64,000 nt of DNA from IMG/VR virus record IMGVR_UViG_3300013121_000033, positions 128,001-192,000 of that record; one strand, written 5' to 3'. The DNA comes from a virus (Duplodnaviria > Caudoviricetes). Below the pieces are notes generated by a model that searched no databases, had not been told where the DNA came from, and saw nothing but the letters and a program-made list of their open reading frames with translations. Below, one piece after another: positions 55,897 through 64,000 of this stretch. Both the position numbers and the translations under genes were made by a program. The first letter of the stretch is position 1. Each line of letters opens with the position of its first letter.

Positions 55897-56286
55897 TCAC
55901 CCAGGACCACTGGTCGTCCATCCGAGAGGACCGCCGGGGCTGCTTGCCCCGTACGGTTCGGTGGGGAGCGGGAAGCCGAGCACCCAACCGACTTCCTCGA
56001 CGGATGCTTCGACGACGAAGTCGCCGACGTGGGCGATGGTGAGTAGGCATCGGTCCGAGTGGTACCGCGCGGCTTGGACCGCGACGACCGCGGATTGACG
56101 GCAGATCACTACCCTGCGGTATTCGTTGAGGCTGTCGCCGCTCAGCGCGACGATTCTCAGCCAGTCCGTCTCTTCCGTCTCTTCGGTCCCGACGTGGTAG
56201 AGGGGCGATACGGCGGGGCCGAGTTCACCGAGCGGCGGCTTGTCCTCGCGGGGTCCGCAGTAGAGGAGCATCGGGTCGTCGGGCAT
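55897..56286 (-). CDS. hypothetical protein
   Basis: TGATG overlap. Confidence 0.6.
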   Translation of the reverse strand: MPDDPMLLYCGPREDKPPLGELGPAVSPLYHVGTEETEETDWLRIVALSGDSLNEYRRVVICRQSAVVAVQAARYHSDRCLLTIAHVGDFVVEASVEEVGWVLGFPLPTEPYGASSPGGPLGWTTSGPG

Positions 56287-57080
56287 CAGATTCCTGCCTC
56301 GGGTTCGTGGGGGCGGTGCTGGTTCGCTTTGCCCCAGTAGCGGGCCTCGTCGCCGCGGATCATCAACAGGTGCGCCATGACGTCATCGGACGGGGTCAGG
56401 CTCCCGGCCCACGTCCCGCCGTAGTAGCCGGTCGGGTGAAGGCAGAGGACGGCGAGGACGCGCATGTAGTTCTCGGCGCCGGTGTAGCGGGCGCGGGGCG
56501 TCATCGCGACGGTGGGGCGGAGTCGGCGGAGCAGGTAGGTGACCCGCGACCGGGGCGACGTTTCGAGGAACGAGCCGGTGAGGTCGTACTGGTTCCACTG
56601 GCGTTCGGTGAGGAGTTCGCGGAGCGCCGCGCGGGCGGTGTGTTCCGCTTCGGGACGCCACGCGTCCATCGCTCCGAGCGTGGTGAGCCACAGGTTGAGG
56701 CGTTCCATCGACCGGTCAGGAGAGACGGTGTCGGTCAACGCGTAGCGGCAGCCGTCGGTGTCCACGACGTACACGAACCGGTTGCGGCGGCCGTCCCACC
56801 AGTGGTTCACGACCCGTTCGGTGTCGTTCACGCCCGAGCACACGAACGAGAACGTCTCGCCGTCGTCGTCGTTATCGTCGGGGTCGGGGTCGGAGTCTGC
56901 TGCGGGCGCCCAGTGGGTGTAGTCGTAGACGTCGGCGAGCGGATGACGCGAATGAAGGATCAGCGGGGTGTCGTCACCGAGCGGGACCGGGATGCCCTGG
57001 TAGTCGCCGCGGTACTCGGCGACCGCGGTGAGGACGTCCCGGAAGTCGGGCATGGAGAACGAGTCGGACACGTCAGTCAC
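56286..57080 (-). CDS. hypothetical protein with LCLHP...DD...DE..YW..AN motif
   Basis: ORF with strong codon bias. Confidence 0.75.
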   Translation of the reverse strand: MTDVSDSFSMPDFRDVLTAVAEYRGDYQGIPVPLGDDTPLILHSRHPLADVYDYTHWAPAADSDPDPDDNDDDGETFSFVCSGVNDTERVVNHWWDGRRNRFVYVVDTDGCRYALTDTVSPDRSMERLNLWLTTLGAMDAWRPEAEHTARAALRELLTERQWNQYDLTGSFLETSPRSRVTYLLRRLRPTVAMTPRARYTGAENYMRVLAVLCLHPTGYYGGTWAGSLTPSDDVMAHLLMIRGDEARYWGKANQHRPHEPEAGI

Positions 57081-57498
57081 CCGTCGCCCCCTCTGTGGTG
57101 GCGGCGATGGCTGCGACGAGGTCGTCGAGTGTGGGGTGGCGTTCGAACACGGCGTCACCGTCGGCGCTTCGCGGCCACGCCGACACCAGCGTCGCTGCCC
57201 CACCGGGTCCACCCGGAGCGCCTTCGACCTGGATGCGGACAAGGTGCCTGTGAGCCGCGATCACGAGCCGGGTCAACTCGTTCATGTCGTGTGAAGCGAG
57301 CGGCTTGCGCGGCATCCGCACCGACACATGCCACGGCGTGATGCGCCATCTACTCCCCGTCGACCCACCGATGTTGTACGGGGCGCCGATCGAACAGATC
57401 GCCACGACGCACCGCTCAAAGTCATCGTCGCCGAGACGCCGACCGGGAGTCTCGTAGCAGCCGTGACGGGCCACCCATTCAGCGCGCTTGTCTATCAC
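57073..57498 (-). CDS. hypothetical protein
   Basis: LASHDMNELTRLVIAAH...HPTL. Confidence 0.7.
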   Translation of the reverse strand: MIDKRAEWVARHGCYETPGRRLGDDDFERCVVAICSIGAPYNIGGSTGSRWRITPWHVSVRMPRKPLASHDMNELTRLVIAAHRHLVRIQVEGAPGGPGGAATLVSAWPRSADGDAVFERHPTLDDLVAAIAATTEGATGD

Positions 57499-58004
57499 GC
57501 GCCCTCCGTGGCGGCGGCGATGGCCGCGACAGCAGCCTCCACCGGGTCGTCGGCCTCGACCACGCCGAACTGCGCCCCAGAGGAGAAGCACGCCTGGAAT
57601 GCGGGCTTGACGTAATAGGACACGGCCAGCGCGCTGCCGTCGGCCCAGGCGTAGCGGAGCATCCCGTCTCGAATCGTCCGTCGCCATCCCTCGGGCAGCT
57701 TCCCGCTGTCCTCGATCGCGACGCCCGCGGCGGAGAGCCGGGCGTAGACCGGGTCGAACGCGACCTGGCGGGTGAGGCGGGCGATGTCGGCGCGCAAGCG
57801 GTCCCGTTCTTCCGCAGCGTCATCCATGGCGTCGAGCCGCCAGGACATGCGGCGGGCGTCCGTTACGCACTCCTCGTAGCGGGCTGCCAGTTGCTCGATG
57901 CGGTCGGCGGCTTCACGGACCAGGAGCACATCGGAGTCGTCCTGCCAGCCCATCTGCTCGGCGAGGACCCGCAGGCGTGCGGTGATGTCGTCGTCGTCAG
58001 GCAC
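57495..58004 (-). CDS. hypothetical protein
   Basis: LVREAADRIEQL coiled-coil motif. Confidence 0.65.
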   Translation of the reverse strand: MPDDDDITARLRVLAEQMGWQDDSDVLLVREAADRIEQLAARYEECVTDARRMSWRLDAMDDAAEERDRLRADIARLTRQVAFDPVYARLSAAGVAIEDSGKLPEGWRRTIRDGMLRYAWADGSALAVSYYVKPAFQACFSSGAQFGVVEADDPVEAAVAAIAAATEGA

Positions 58005-58221
58005 GGCAGTCCTCGCAGAGCAACGGGTCACCAGGGCCGCCGTGGTCCTCGAACCACCATCCGCACCCCTCACACACCTCGATGCGGCGCTTTCCGAGTT
58101 GTTCCTCGACCTCTGATTCCGGCAGGCCCGCCACCTCCGCAAGCGCGGCCGGGCTCTCGCATGTGCCCAAGGCCCGCACGGCAAGAGCATCCCAGCGTGC
58201 GGCGATGTCGTCGTCAGCCAT
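57997..58221 (-). CDS. small zinc-finger protein
   Basis: GTC...CEGCGWW...CEDC. Confidence 0.7.
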   Translation of the reverse strand: MADDDIAARWDALAVRALGTCESPAALAEVAGLPESEVEEQLGKRRIEVCEGCGWWFEDHGGPGDPLLCEDCRA

Positions 58222-58290
58222 CGGGGACCGTCCCGAACTCTGCGCCGATGACGCGAAGATCGAGAAACACCTCGATTCCTCAGGCATCGG

Positions 58291-58599
58291 TCATCCACCT
58301 GCGGTGGCGCCGACGGCACGGGACCGGGTTCCCTGTGCGGGGAGTTCCTTCTCCGGTTGGGCCGCGGTCGGTGACGGGGTGTCGACGATGATGTACGTCT
58401 GCCGCTTCGGGTTGTACTTCTTGACGCGGCGGAGGCCGCTGTCCGTCTCGACGAAGATCGAGTATCCGGCGCGGAGCATGTCGCCGATGACCTGCTCGGC
58501 CTTGCCGCGTTCCTCCGGGGTGTCGCCCGTGAACGACAGGCGCATGTCGCCACGGCCGATCGACAGGACGTCGATCACCCATCCGGGCTGGTCAGGCAT
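58291..58599 (-). CDS. small protein ending in Gly-Gly
   Basis: GRGDMRLSF...GYSIF...YNP...VGATAGG-stop. Confidence 0.75.
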   Translation of the reverse strand: MPDQPGWVIDVLSIGRGDMRLSFTGDTPEERGKAEQVIGDMLRAGYSIFVETDSGLRRVKKYNPKRQTYIIVDTPSPTAAQPEKELPAQGTRSRAVGATAGG

Positions 58600-58975
58600 C
58601 GTTCTGCGCTGCCGCGAGGATGCGGTCGATCTCGGCGGCGATCAGGGCGCCTGCCTTGACCAGGTTGCGGACCGGGTCGTCAGGGGACGGCTTCCACCAG
58701 TCGGGGTGCCACGGCCAGTTGTCGGACGGCCCGGCGATGAACTCGCTGACCTCCGAGGCTGTCGGGTCGCGAAGCAGGATCGCAGCGAACCGGGCGTAGT
58801 CGATGGCGGCGTCGACCAGTTCACCTTGAACGTGCTCGGCGTCGTGTTCGGAAGTCCAGCCCTCGACGGCTCGCTGTCGGAGACGTTCGTACTCGATCAG
58901 GTCTGCGCCGGTGAGGGGGATCATGTCGTCGATGTCGGGGATGTTCATGGAACCTTCCTCGTTGTCGTTGACCAT
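58592..58975 (-). CDS. conserved phage protein (MVNDN...)
   Basis: ERLRQ...EGWTSEHD...WPW...WKP...NLVKAGALIAAEIDR. Confidence 0.85.
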   Translation of the reverse strand: MVNDNEEGSMNIPDIDDMIPLTGADLIEYERLRQRAVEGWTSEHDAEHVQGELVDAAIDYARFAAILLRDPTASEVSEFIAGPSDNWPWHPDWWKPSPDDPVRNLVKAGALIAAEIDRILAAAQNDA

Positions 58976-59014
58976 AGCGTCCGACCCTACCCGGTGTGTT
59001 GACGGGGCGTCAAC
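58973..59014 (-). promoter_or_regulatory. promoter cassette copy 13 (palindromic box)
   Basis: GTTGACGCCCCGTCAAC...TAGGGT...ATGGTCAACGAC. Confidence 0.82.
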
Positions 59015-59616
59015 GGTTCGGAGGCGATGGTGTCCCACAGTTCGTGGAACCGTTCGATCCCTACGGGGTTCCGCCAGTTCGCCGCGTGCCGGTAGTCGTC
59101 GGGGTGCTTCTGGATTGCGTAGTTCATCCAGCCGACCCCGGCGTTGAGGGCGGTCAAGTCGAACGCGAACCCTGGCAGTATCCGTGACGGCTCCCCCGTG
59201 GCGGCGGGGTCGATGACGAGGGGGCGGCGGACTCGGATGCCGTGGGCGGGACGGTCGAACTGCGGGGCGGACATGTCGAGCAGGCGGGCGCCTTCGCTGC
59301 CGTCGGGGAGCGCGACCTTGGCGAGGACGACGAGATGGCCGCGGTAGCCGCCGTGTTGGACCTTGTCGGTCGACTGGACACCGACAGTCCAGGTGCCCGG
59401 CTTGAGGTTGCCGTTCCGGTCGGTGGTGCCGATCTGGTGGGCGAGCCGGTTCTCGGCGACGGCGTCCATCACGAGCACGAGCGGGTCGCTGTCCGAGAGC
59501 AGCAGGTCGGTCAGGACACGGGCCGCGTAGATGCAATGGTCGGCGCGGAGCATCGGTTCGGCGACGGACTGCCAGCGGTCGGCGAGCCTTTCGACGTGTT
59601 CAAGGTGGTAGGCCAT
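58987..59616 (-). CDS. hypothetical protein
   Basis: HCI...GHLVV...LLDMSAPQF. Confidence 0.7.
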   Translation of the reverse strand: MAYHLEHVERLADRWQSVAEPMLRADHCIYAARVLTDLLLSDSDPLVLVMDAVAENRLAHQIGTTDRNGNLKPGTWTVGVQSTDKVQHGGYRGHLVVLAKVALPDGSEGARLLDMSAPQFDRPAHGIRVRRPLVIDPAATGEPSRILPGFAFDLTALNAGVGWMNYAIQKHPDDYRHAANWRNPVGIERFHELWDTIASEPLTPRQHTG

Positions 59617-60078
59617 CTATGTCACCGTTCTGGTGGGGGTGGGGAACTCGCGGCGGTAGTCGCGGAGCAACCGTTCGATGCGGCGGTGCAGCCACGACCA
59701 CTGCTCCTCTGCGCCGTCGCCCGGGTGCGGGTCGAACACTCGGTGGCCGTCGACCCGGACCGTTTCCATGACCTCGTGGACCATGTCGGTGAGGATCGCT
59801 GCTGAGCCGACCACCGCGAACTGTTCGGCGGTCCGACAGTTCGCGCCGACGAGCCACCCGGTCCCGAGGCAGTTGTAGCCAACGACGACTCTGCCGCGGT
59901 GGTCGCGTTGCGGGGGGATCGACGCGTCGGGGCGGACGGGGCCGTCGACATACATGATGCCGACCGCTGCGGGTGTCTCATCGGGTCGATGATGGGAACC
60001 GACCGGGATCACCCGGTAGTCGGGGGGCCACGTCACCCGGTCAGGGTCGAACGGGTACTGGTCGTCGGCCGCGGTCAT
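59617..60078 (-). CDS. hypothetical protein
   Basis: ATGA overlap at 60078; HEVME...FDPH. Confidence 0.65.
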   Translation of the reverse strand: MTAADDQYPFDPDRVTWPPDYRVIPVGSHHRPDETPAAVGIMYVDGPVRPDASIPPQRDHRGRVVVGYNCLGTGWLVGANCRTAEQFAVVGSAAILTDMVHEVMETVRVDGHRVFDPHPGDGAEEQWSWLHRRIERLLRDYRREFPTPTRTVT

Positions 60079-60537
60079 GACACACCTGCGAGGCGCACGC
60101 GGGCGGCGGTGCGGACCATGTCGGTGAAGCTCGCCCGCTGGCGTGCGACCTGGTCGGGGTCGTCGCCGTAGATGTCGGCGAGGGTGGCGAGCGCCTTGAC
60201 GATCGACGCTTCGACCTGGTCGACGAGGATCACCGTGATGTCGGTGGTCGGTCACGGCGATGACGTTGCCGGTGGGGAGGCGGACGAGCCAGTCGCCGAA
60301 CTCGGCGTAACCGTTGTTCGACGGGTTGCCGACTTGGTGGATGATGACCTCGACGCAGCCCCGCTTCCCGGCTCGCGGGCGGCGCATCGTGAAATCCTCA
60401 CCGCGTCCCGTGTCCGGGTGGACGTCACTACCGAGGAACACGGCGACGGCATCCCACACCTTCATGGCGTCGCCTTCGGTGAGTTGGATCGCCTCGACAG
60501 CGTGGGAGTTGCTGTAGTAGCGGATGGGGTCGGTCAT
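60075..60537 (-). pseudogene. gene with apparent frameshift near 60250
   Basis: codon-biased frame switches from ...GNVIAV to PTTDITVILV...AGVS-stop. Confidence 0.55.
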
Positions 60538-60539
60538 GG

Positions 60540-60821
60540 TCAGGTCGTCCTTGGGGCTTCGGGGTGGGTGCGGCGGTCGATGACTCCGGCGACGTCAGCG
60601 GCGGCGACACGGACCAGGGTGGGGGCAGAGTCAGAAGCCCAGCAGATGATCTGGCGGGGGCTCGCGACGGCGAACACGGTGAGGTGCTGCTCCTCGAACA
60701 GGTCGTCGGAGAGCGGGTGGAAGTGGACGACTCGGTCGCCGGTGCCGACGTGGATGACGTCGTCGACGATTCCGGGGGCGGTGATCGTCGCGGTCGAGTC
60801 GCGGTCGATGACAGTCGTCAT
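60540..60821 (-). CDS. hypothetical protein
   Basis: GGAGG RBS, ATGA overlap. Confidence 0.65.
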   Translation of the reverse strand: MTTVIDRDSTATITAPGIVDDVIHVGTGDRVVHFHPLSDDLFEEQHLTVFAVASPRQIICWASDSAPTLVRVAAADVAGVIDRRTHPEAPRTT

Positions 60822-61126
60822 GTCGTTGCCTCCGTGATGCGGGCGCCGAGACGGCGGGCGTCCTTGAGGATCGCTCGGCCCTCGGCTCGGGTGTCGGGGT
60901 CGTCGCCCGCGGCGAACCCTTCGCCGACAGTGACGAGATGATCGTGAAGCGCTTCGGCGACGGCGACCGGCATCGCTGCCCAGGTGACCTGGTAGCCGCG
61001 GCCGATCTTCGCCCACGTCGAGGGGACCTTGTCGAGGCCGATCTCGCGGGGCACGGACGACACCTTGTCGTCGAGGCAGGCGTCGTAGGTCTTGCCGGAC
61101 ACCGTCACCTTGAGGGTCGCTGTCAT
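60818..61126 (-). CDS. hypothetical protein
   Basis: GGAGG RBS, ATGA overlap. Confidence 0.65.
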   Translation of the reverse strand: MTATLKVTVSGKTYDACLDDKVSSVPREIGLDKVPSTWAKIGRGYQVTWAAMPVAVAEALHDHLVTVGEGFAAGDDPDTRAEGRAILKDARRLGARITEATT

Positions 61127-61488
61127 GACTGGCACGCCTCCCGGACGGCGGCGTCCATAACGGCGTACATCCACCGGTTCGCCTTCACGAACGCGTCGGC
61201 GATGACCGCCATGTGGCTGCTGGTGAGATGGTCGGTGGGGTCGGTTGCGCCGACGTCACCGCCGTGGTCCCACTCGTAGATGATGTCGGCGCGAGAGCCG
61301 AGCGGCCGCCGAGCCGACCATGGGCCGTGCCCGTTCATGCCGTTCCGGCCGTCGAAGCGGAACACCATCGTTCGACCGTCCATGTAGTAGTCGACGATGT
61401 CACCTTGGATCGTGTTGAGCGTCGCGATCGCTTCGAGCGCAGCGTCTCGTGCCGCCTCTGCACGGGTCGGCGGGATCGTGGCGGTCAT
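61123..61488 (-). CDS. hypothetical protein
   Basis: ATGA overlap. Confidence 0.65.
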   Translation of the reverse strand: MTATIPPTRAEAARDAALEAIATLNTIQGDIVDYYMDGRTMVFRFDGRNGMNGHGPWSARRPLGSRADIIYEWDHGGDVGATDPTDHLTSSHMAVIADAFVKANRWMYAVMDAAVREACQS

Positions 61489-62291
61489 GGGTTCGCCCCC
61501 TTGTGCTGGCGGAGCTTGAGCGTCGAGGTGACAGAGATGACCTGACCGCAGTGATCGCACTTCGCTCGCTTCGAGTAGTAGTGGATGCCGGAGCGGTCGT
61601 GGTCGAGGGTCCCGGAACCGGGGCAGCGTTCGGCGGCGGCCTGCGCCTGCCGGTCCCGGGCGGCTGCGAGAGCGGCGAGGAACGCCTCTTCGCCGTCGTT
61701 GAGCAGCCGTTCCGCTTGGGCCTTCGGGAACTTGAGGGGCGACCCGGTGACGGGTGCTGCGGGGAAACAGACGGTGCACAGCGTCTCACCGAGGAGAGCA
61801 ACGGCGGCGGTGTCGTCGAGGCCGGACAGGTGGGGGAGCGGGGCGAACAGGGTGGACGGTCGGCACGTCTGGCAACTGCGGGTCCGGTGGACGTGCCCGG
61901 CCGACGACACGACGAGGAAGTAGCGGTTCCAGCCGGTGTAGTTCTGCTCGTGGTCAACGATGAGGCCGTCGATCTCGGCGGCGGCGTCGCGGGCGGTGTC
62001 GTAGTCGGCGACCATCTGCGGGACGTCCCAGTAGGTGTGGGTCGGCGGCTTCGGGACGTTCCCTGCTGCCATGGCCCGGACGTGGTCGAGCATCTGGACG
62101 AGGGAGTAGAGGCTGCCGTCGGGGTGGGTGCGGTAGCCGTTGCGGCTCACCTTGGCGCCGGTGAGCGACCACAGGTTCCCGGCGGCCAATCCAACCTTGT
62201 GGTGCGCGGCGTGGGATTCGCGGAGCAGTTCGAGCAGGTGCTCGTCGTGGGCGACCTGCGCTGCCCGCTCGGTGGTGATGTCGTTGTCCAT
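61485..62291 (-). CDS. Cys/His-rich hypothetical protein (MDNDITT...)
   Basis: WNRYFLV...GHVH..SCQTC...LCTVCFPAAP, CPGSG, CDHCG. Confidence 0.8.
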   Translation of the reverse strand: MDNDITTERAAQVAHDEHLLELLRESHAAHHKVGLAAGNLWSLTGAKVSRNGYRTHPDGSLYSLVQMLDHVRAMAAGNVPKPPTHTYWDVPQMVADYDTARDAAAEIDGLIVDHEQNYTGWNRYFLVVSSAGHVHRTRSCQTCRPSTLFAPLPHLSGLDDTAAVALLGETLCTVCFPAAPVTGSPLKFPKAQAERLLNDGEEAFLAALAAARDRQAQAAAERCPGSGTLDHDRSGIHYYSKRAKCDHCGQVISVTSTLKLRQHKGANP

Positions 62292-62328
62292 GCCCAACAC
62301 CCTACCCGGTTGTTGGTGTCACGTCAAC
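62289..62328 (-). promoter_or_regulatory. MDND promoter cassette copy 14
   Basis: GTTGACGTGACACCAAC...TAGGGT. Confidence 0.85.
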
Positions 62329-62578
62329 ACGTTGCTAGGGGAGGCGGACGACGACTTCGCCGTCGCGGTGCGGGCTGTTCCTGTTCGAGCCAGGCGATGA
62401 CACACGCGAGGGCGTGTCGGGTGTCGCGGGCGGCGTCGACCTCGTACACGGCGACCGTGTGGTGGTCGCGGGTCGGTTCGACCCCGACAGTGACCGCTTC
62501 GAACGTGCGGACCGGGTCGAGGTCAGGGTCGAGGCCGCGGTAGCGGCGGACGGGAACGTCGCGGACGTGGACGAACAT
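62324..62578 (-). CDS. hypothetical protein
   Basis: AGGAGG RBS, TGATG overlap. Confidence 0.6.
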   Translation of the reverse strand: MFVHVRDVPVRRYRGLDPDLDPVRTFEAVTVGVEPTRDHHTVAVYEVDAARDTRHALACVIAWLEQEQPAPRRRSRRPPPLATC

Positions 62579-62868
62579 CAATCCTCCTGTGGGGGTGAGA
62601 GCGGGTAGAGGTGGGCGGGGGTGAGTACCGGCTGCGGGGGGAACCCGTACGGCCACCCGCAAATGACCTCCCACCAGCAGGCGGCTTCGCGGGTCGACCC
62701 ATCGAGTTGATCGAGCAACGCGGCGACGTCGGCTCGGCTTCGTCGCGAGTGGATTCTGTAGGCTGCGTCGGTGAGCGCCGTCTTGATCTCTTCGGTGGCG
62801 CCTTCGTCGACACGACGTTGCCACAACCGGTTGATGTCCGACGCTGTCGGCGGAAAGGCGGCGGTCAC
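62578..62868 (-). CDS. hypothetical protein
   Basis: GTGA overlap. Confidence 0.6.
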   Translation of the reverse strand: MTAAFPPTASDINRLWQRRVDEGATEEIKTALTDAAYRIHSRRSRADVAALLDQLDGSTREAACWWEVICGWPYGFPPQPVLTPAHLYPLSPPQED

Positions 62869-63275
62869 GGACGGTACGCGTCTGCTGCGAGTCGGTCACG
62901 GACGACGCTGGTGTCGAACGGGTCATACCCGAGTCGGTTGCCACGGTAGGGGAGGGTGGTCGAGTGCGGGTCGTCGGCGACGTTCAACATCGCTGCGATG
63001 ATCGCTTCGAGCGATTCGCGCCGGTAGTTCGCGAGGTTCTTCATGTCGAGCGTCTGGACGCCGACGCATTCGGCGCAGTAGGTGAGCACCTTCCGCATGT
63101 GGTCCGCTTCGTTGATGAGCGCGAGAACGTCAGCGGCGGACACGCCGACGACGTCGTGGTGCCCGAACGTCTCGTCGCGGGTCTGTGGTTCGACCACGCC
63201 GCGGAGTTCGGCGAGTCGGTCCCGGTAGAGGGGCCGGTCCCCCGTGTACGGGTTGCTGGTGATACCCATGGTCAT
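62865..63275 (-). CDS. hypothetical protein
   Basis: AAGGA RBS. Confidence 0.65.
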   Translation of the reverse strand: MTMGITSNPYTGDRPLYRDRLAELRGVVEPQTRDETFGHHDVVGVSAADVLALINEADHMRKVLTYCAECVGVQTLDMKNLANYRRESLEAIIAAMLNVADDPHSTTLPYRGNRLGYDPFDTSVVRDRLAADAYRP

Positions 63276-63439
63276 CGGGTTCCTTGCCTTGTCATGAGTT
63301 TGGCGAGAGCGCTCAACATGAGGGCCGTCACCTGTTCGGATTCGGATTCGGTGTAGCCGTCGACCACTTCCCCGGCGAGCACCTGGTTGAGCGCGGTGAT
63401 GACCGCGTCGGTTTCGGCTCGGGTGAGTCGGGTGGTCAC
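63272..63439 (-). CDS. small hypothetical protein
   Basis: GGAG RBS, GTGA overlap. Confidence 0.55.
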   Translation of the reverse strand: MTTRLTRAETDAVITALNQVLAGEVVDGYTESESEQVTALMLSALAKLMTRQGTR

Positions 63440-63960
63440 GTCGGTGCTCCGTTGGCGATCGCTGCGGCGCGGGCGTAGTCGTCGTCGGTCTGTGCGACCC
63501 CAGCGAAGTTGATCGCGAGGTACAGGTCGGCTTCGGCGGCGGTGTCGAGGCCGACGGCTTCGACGACGGTGACGGTGCAGGACCGGAACCAGAGGCGTTG
63601 CCCGAGGTCGGTGAGGTCCCGGTAGTGGACCATGCCGTCGAGGTCGACCCCGTCGGGCAGATAGATGCCGCCCTCGTTGTAGGTGGGGTCGTTCTCGAAC
63701 CAGCGTGCCGGGACGGTGAACTCGTTGTCGTGGAACGCTCGGAGCGTGGTGATGCGCTGCTTGCCGTCCACCACGACGCCTTGCACGTTCGGGTCCGGGT
63801 GCGGGTTCTCGGCGTCGCGGAGGGAGAGGGTGATGGCTCCGATGGGGAGGCCGATCATCAACGAGTGGATGAGCATGCGGCGCTGGTCGTCGTTCCACAC
63901 GCTGCCCCGCTGGTACGGAGGGTTGAGGTCCCAGCGAGATTTGTCACGGGTGAAATCCAT
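63436..63960 (-). CDS. DUF262 (ParB/Srx-like) domain protein, possibly extending beyond window
   Basis: PPYQRGSVW, SLMIGLPIG, VVDGKQR, IN. Confidence 0.85.
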   Translation of the reverse strand: MDFTRDKSRWDLNPPYQRGSVWNDDQRRMLIHSLMIGLPIGAITLSLRDAENPHPDPNVQGVVVDGKQRITTLRAFHDNEFTVPARWFENDPTYNEGGIYLPDGVDLDGMVHYRDLTDLGQRLWFRSCTVTVVEAVGLDTAAEADLYLAINFAGVAQTDDDYARAAAIANGAPT

Positions 63961-64000
63961 GACGTTCGCGGAGAACCCGGAGAGGGGGAGTCGATGAAGG

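Noticed and set aside
262-62328. Repeated 17-bp box as CRISPR repeats or integron attC sites
   Set aside because: Copies are kilobases apart, degenerate and always carry -35/-10 spacing to an ATG; no cas or integrase gene is seen.

Overview
GC-rich, densely packed, mostly minus-strand segment of a large actinobacterial phage or phage-like element (accessory/early region; no capsid, terminase or integrase recognised). It holds 25 intact-looking tRNA genes in six clusters plus 2-3 tRNA remnants. Recognisable proteins: RtcB RNA ligase, DHH phosphoesterase, HD (RelA/SpoT-like) hydrolase, an SNF2 helicase and a Gp37Gp68/DUF5131 protein (each with a LAGLIDADG intein), three HNH nucleases next to tRNA genes, a glycosyltransferase/methyltransferase/acyltransferase block beside two large tail-like proteins, and HerA-like and BCS1-like ATPases. 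Two regulatory systems can be read directly from the DNA. (1) Five tRNA loci begin with a leaderless mini-ORF whose codons are those read by the tRNAs downstream (e.g. MIRSSLSSSSPEGSS before two tRNA-Ser; MRSRLQQRRWPQPPL before Pro/Trp/Gln), embedded in alternative RNA hairpins. This looks like ribosome-sensed, tRNA-depletion-responsive control of phage tRNA supply. (2) Fourteen copies of a promoter cassette GTTGACGtgaccaCAAC-(7-8 nt)-TAGGGT-like -10-(6-8 nt)-ATGGACAACGAC give leaderless genes that nearly all start M-D-N-D. Coordinates were counted by hand, and functional labels come from motif recognition, not database searches.
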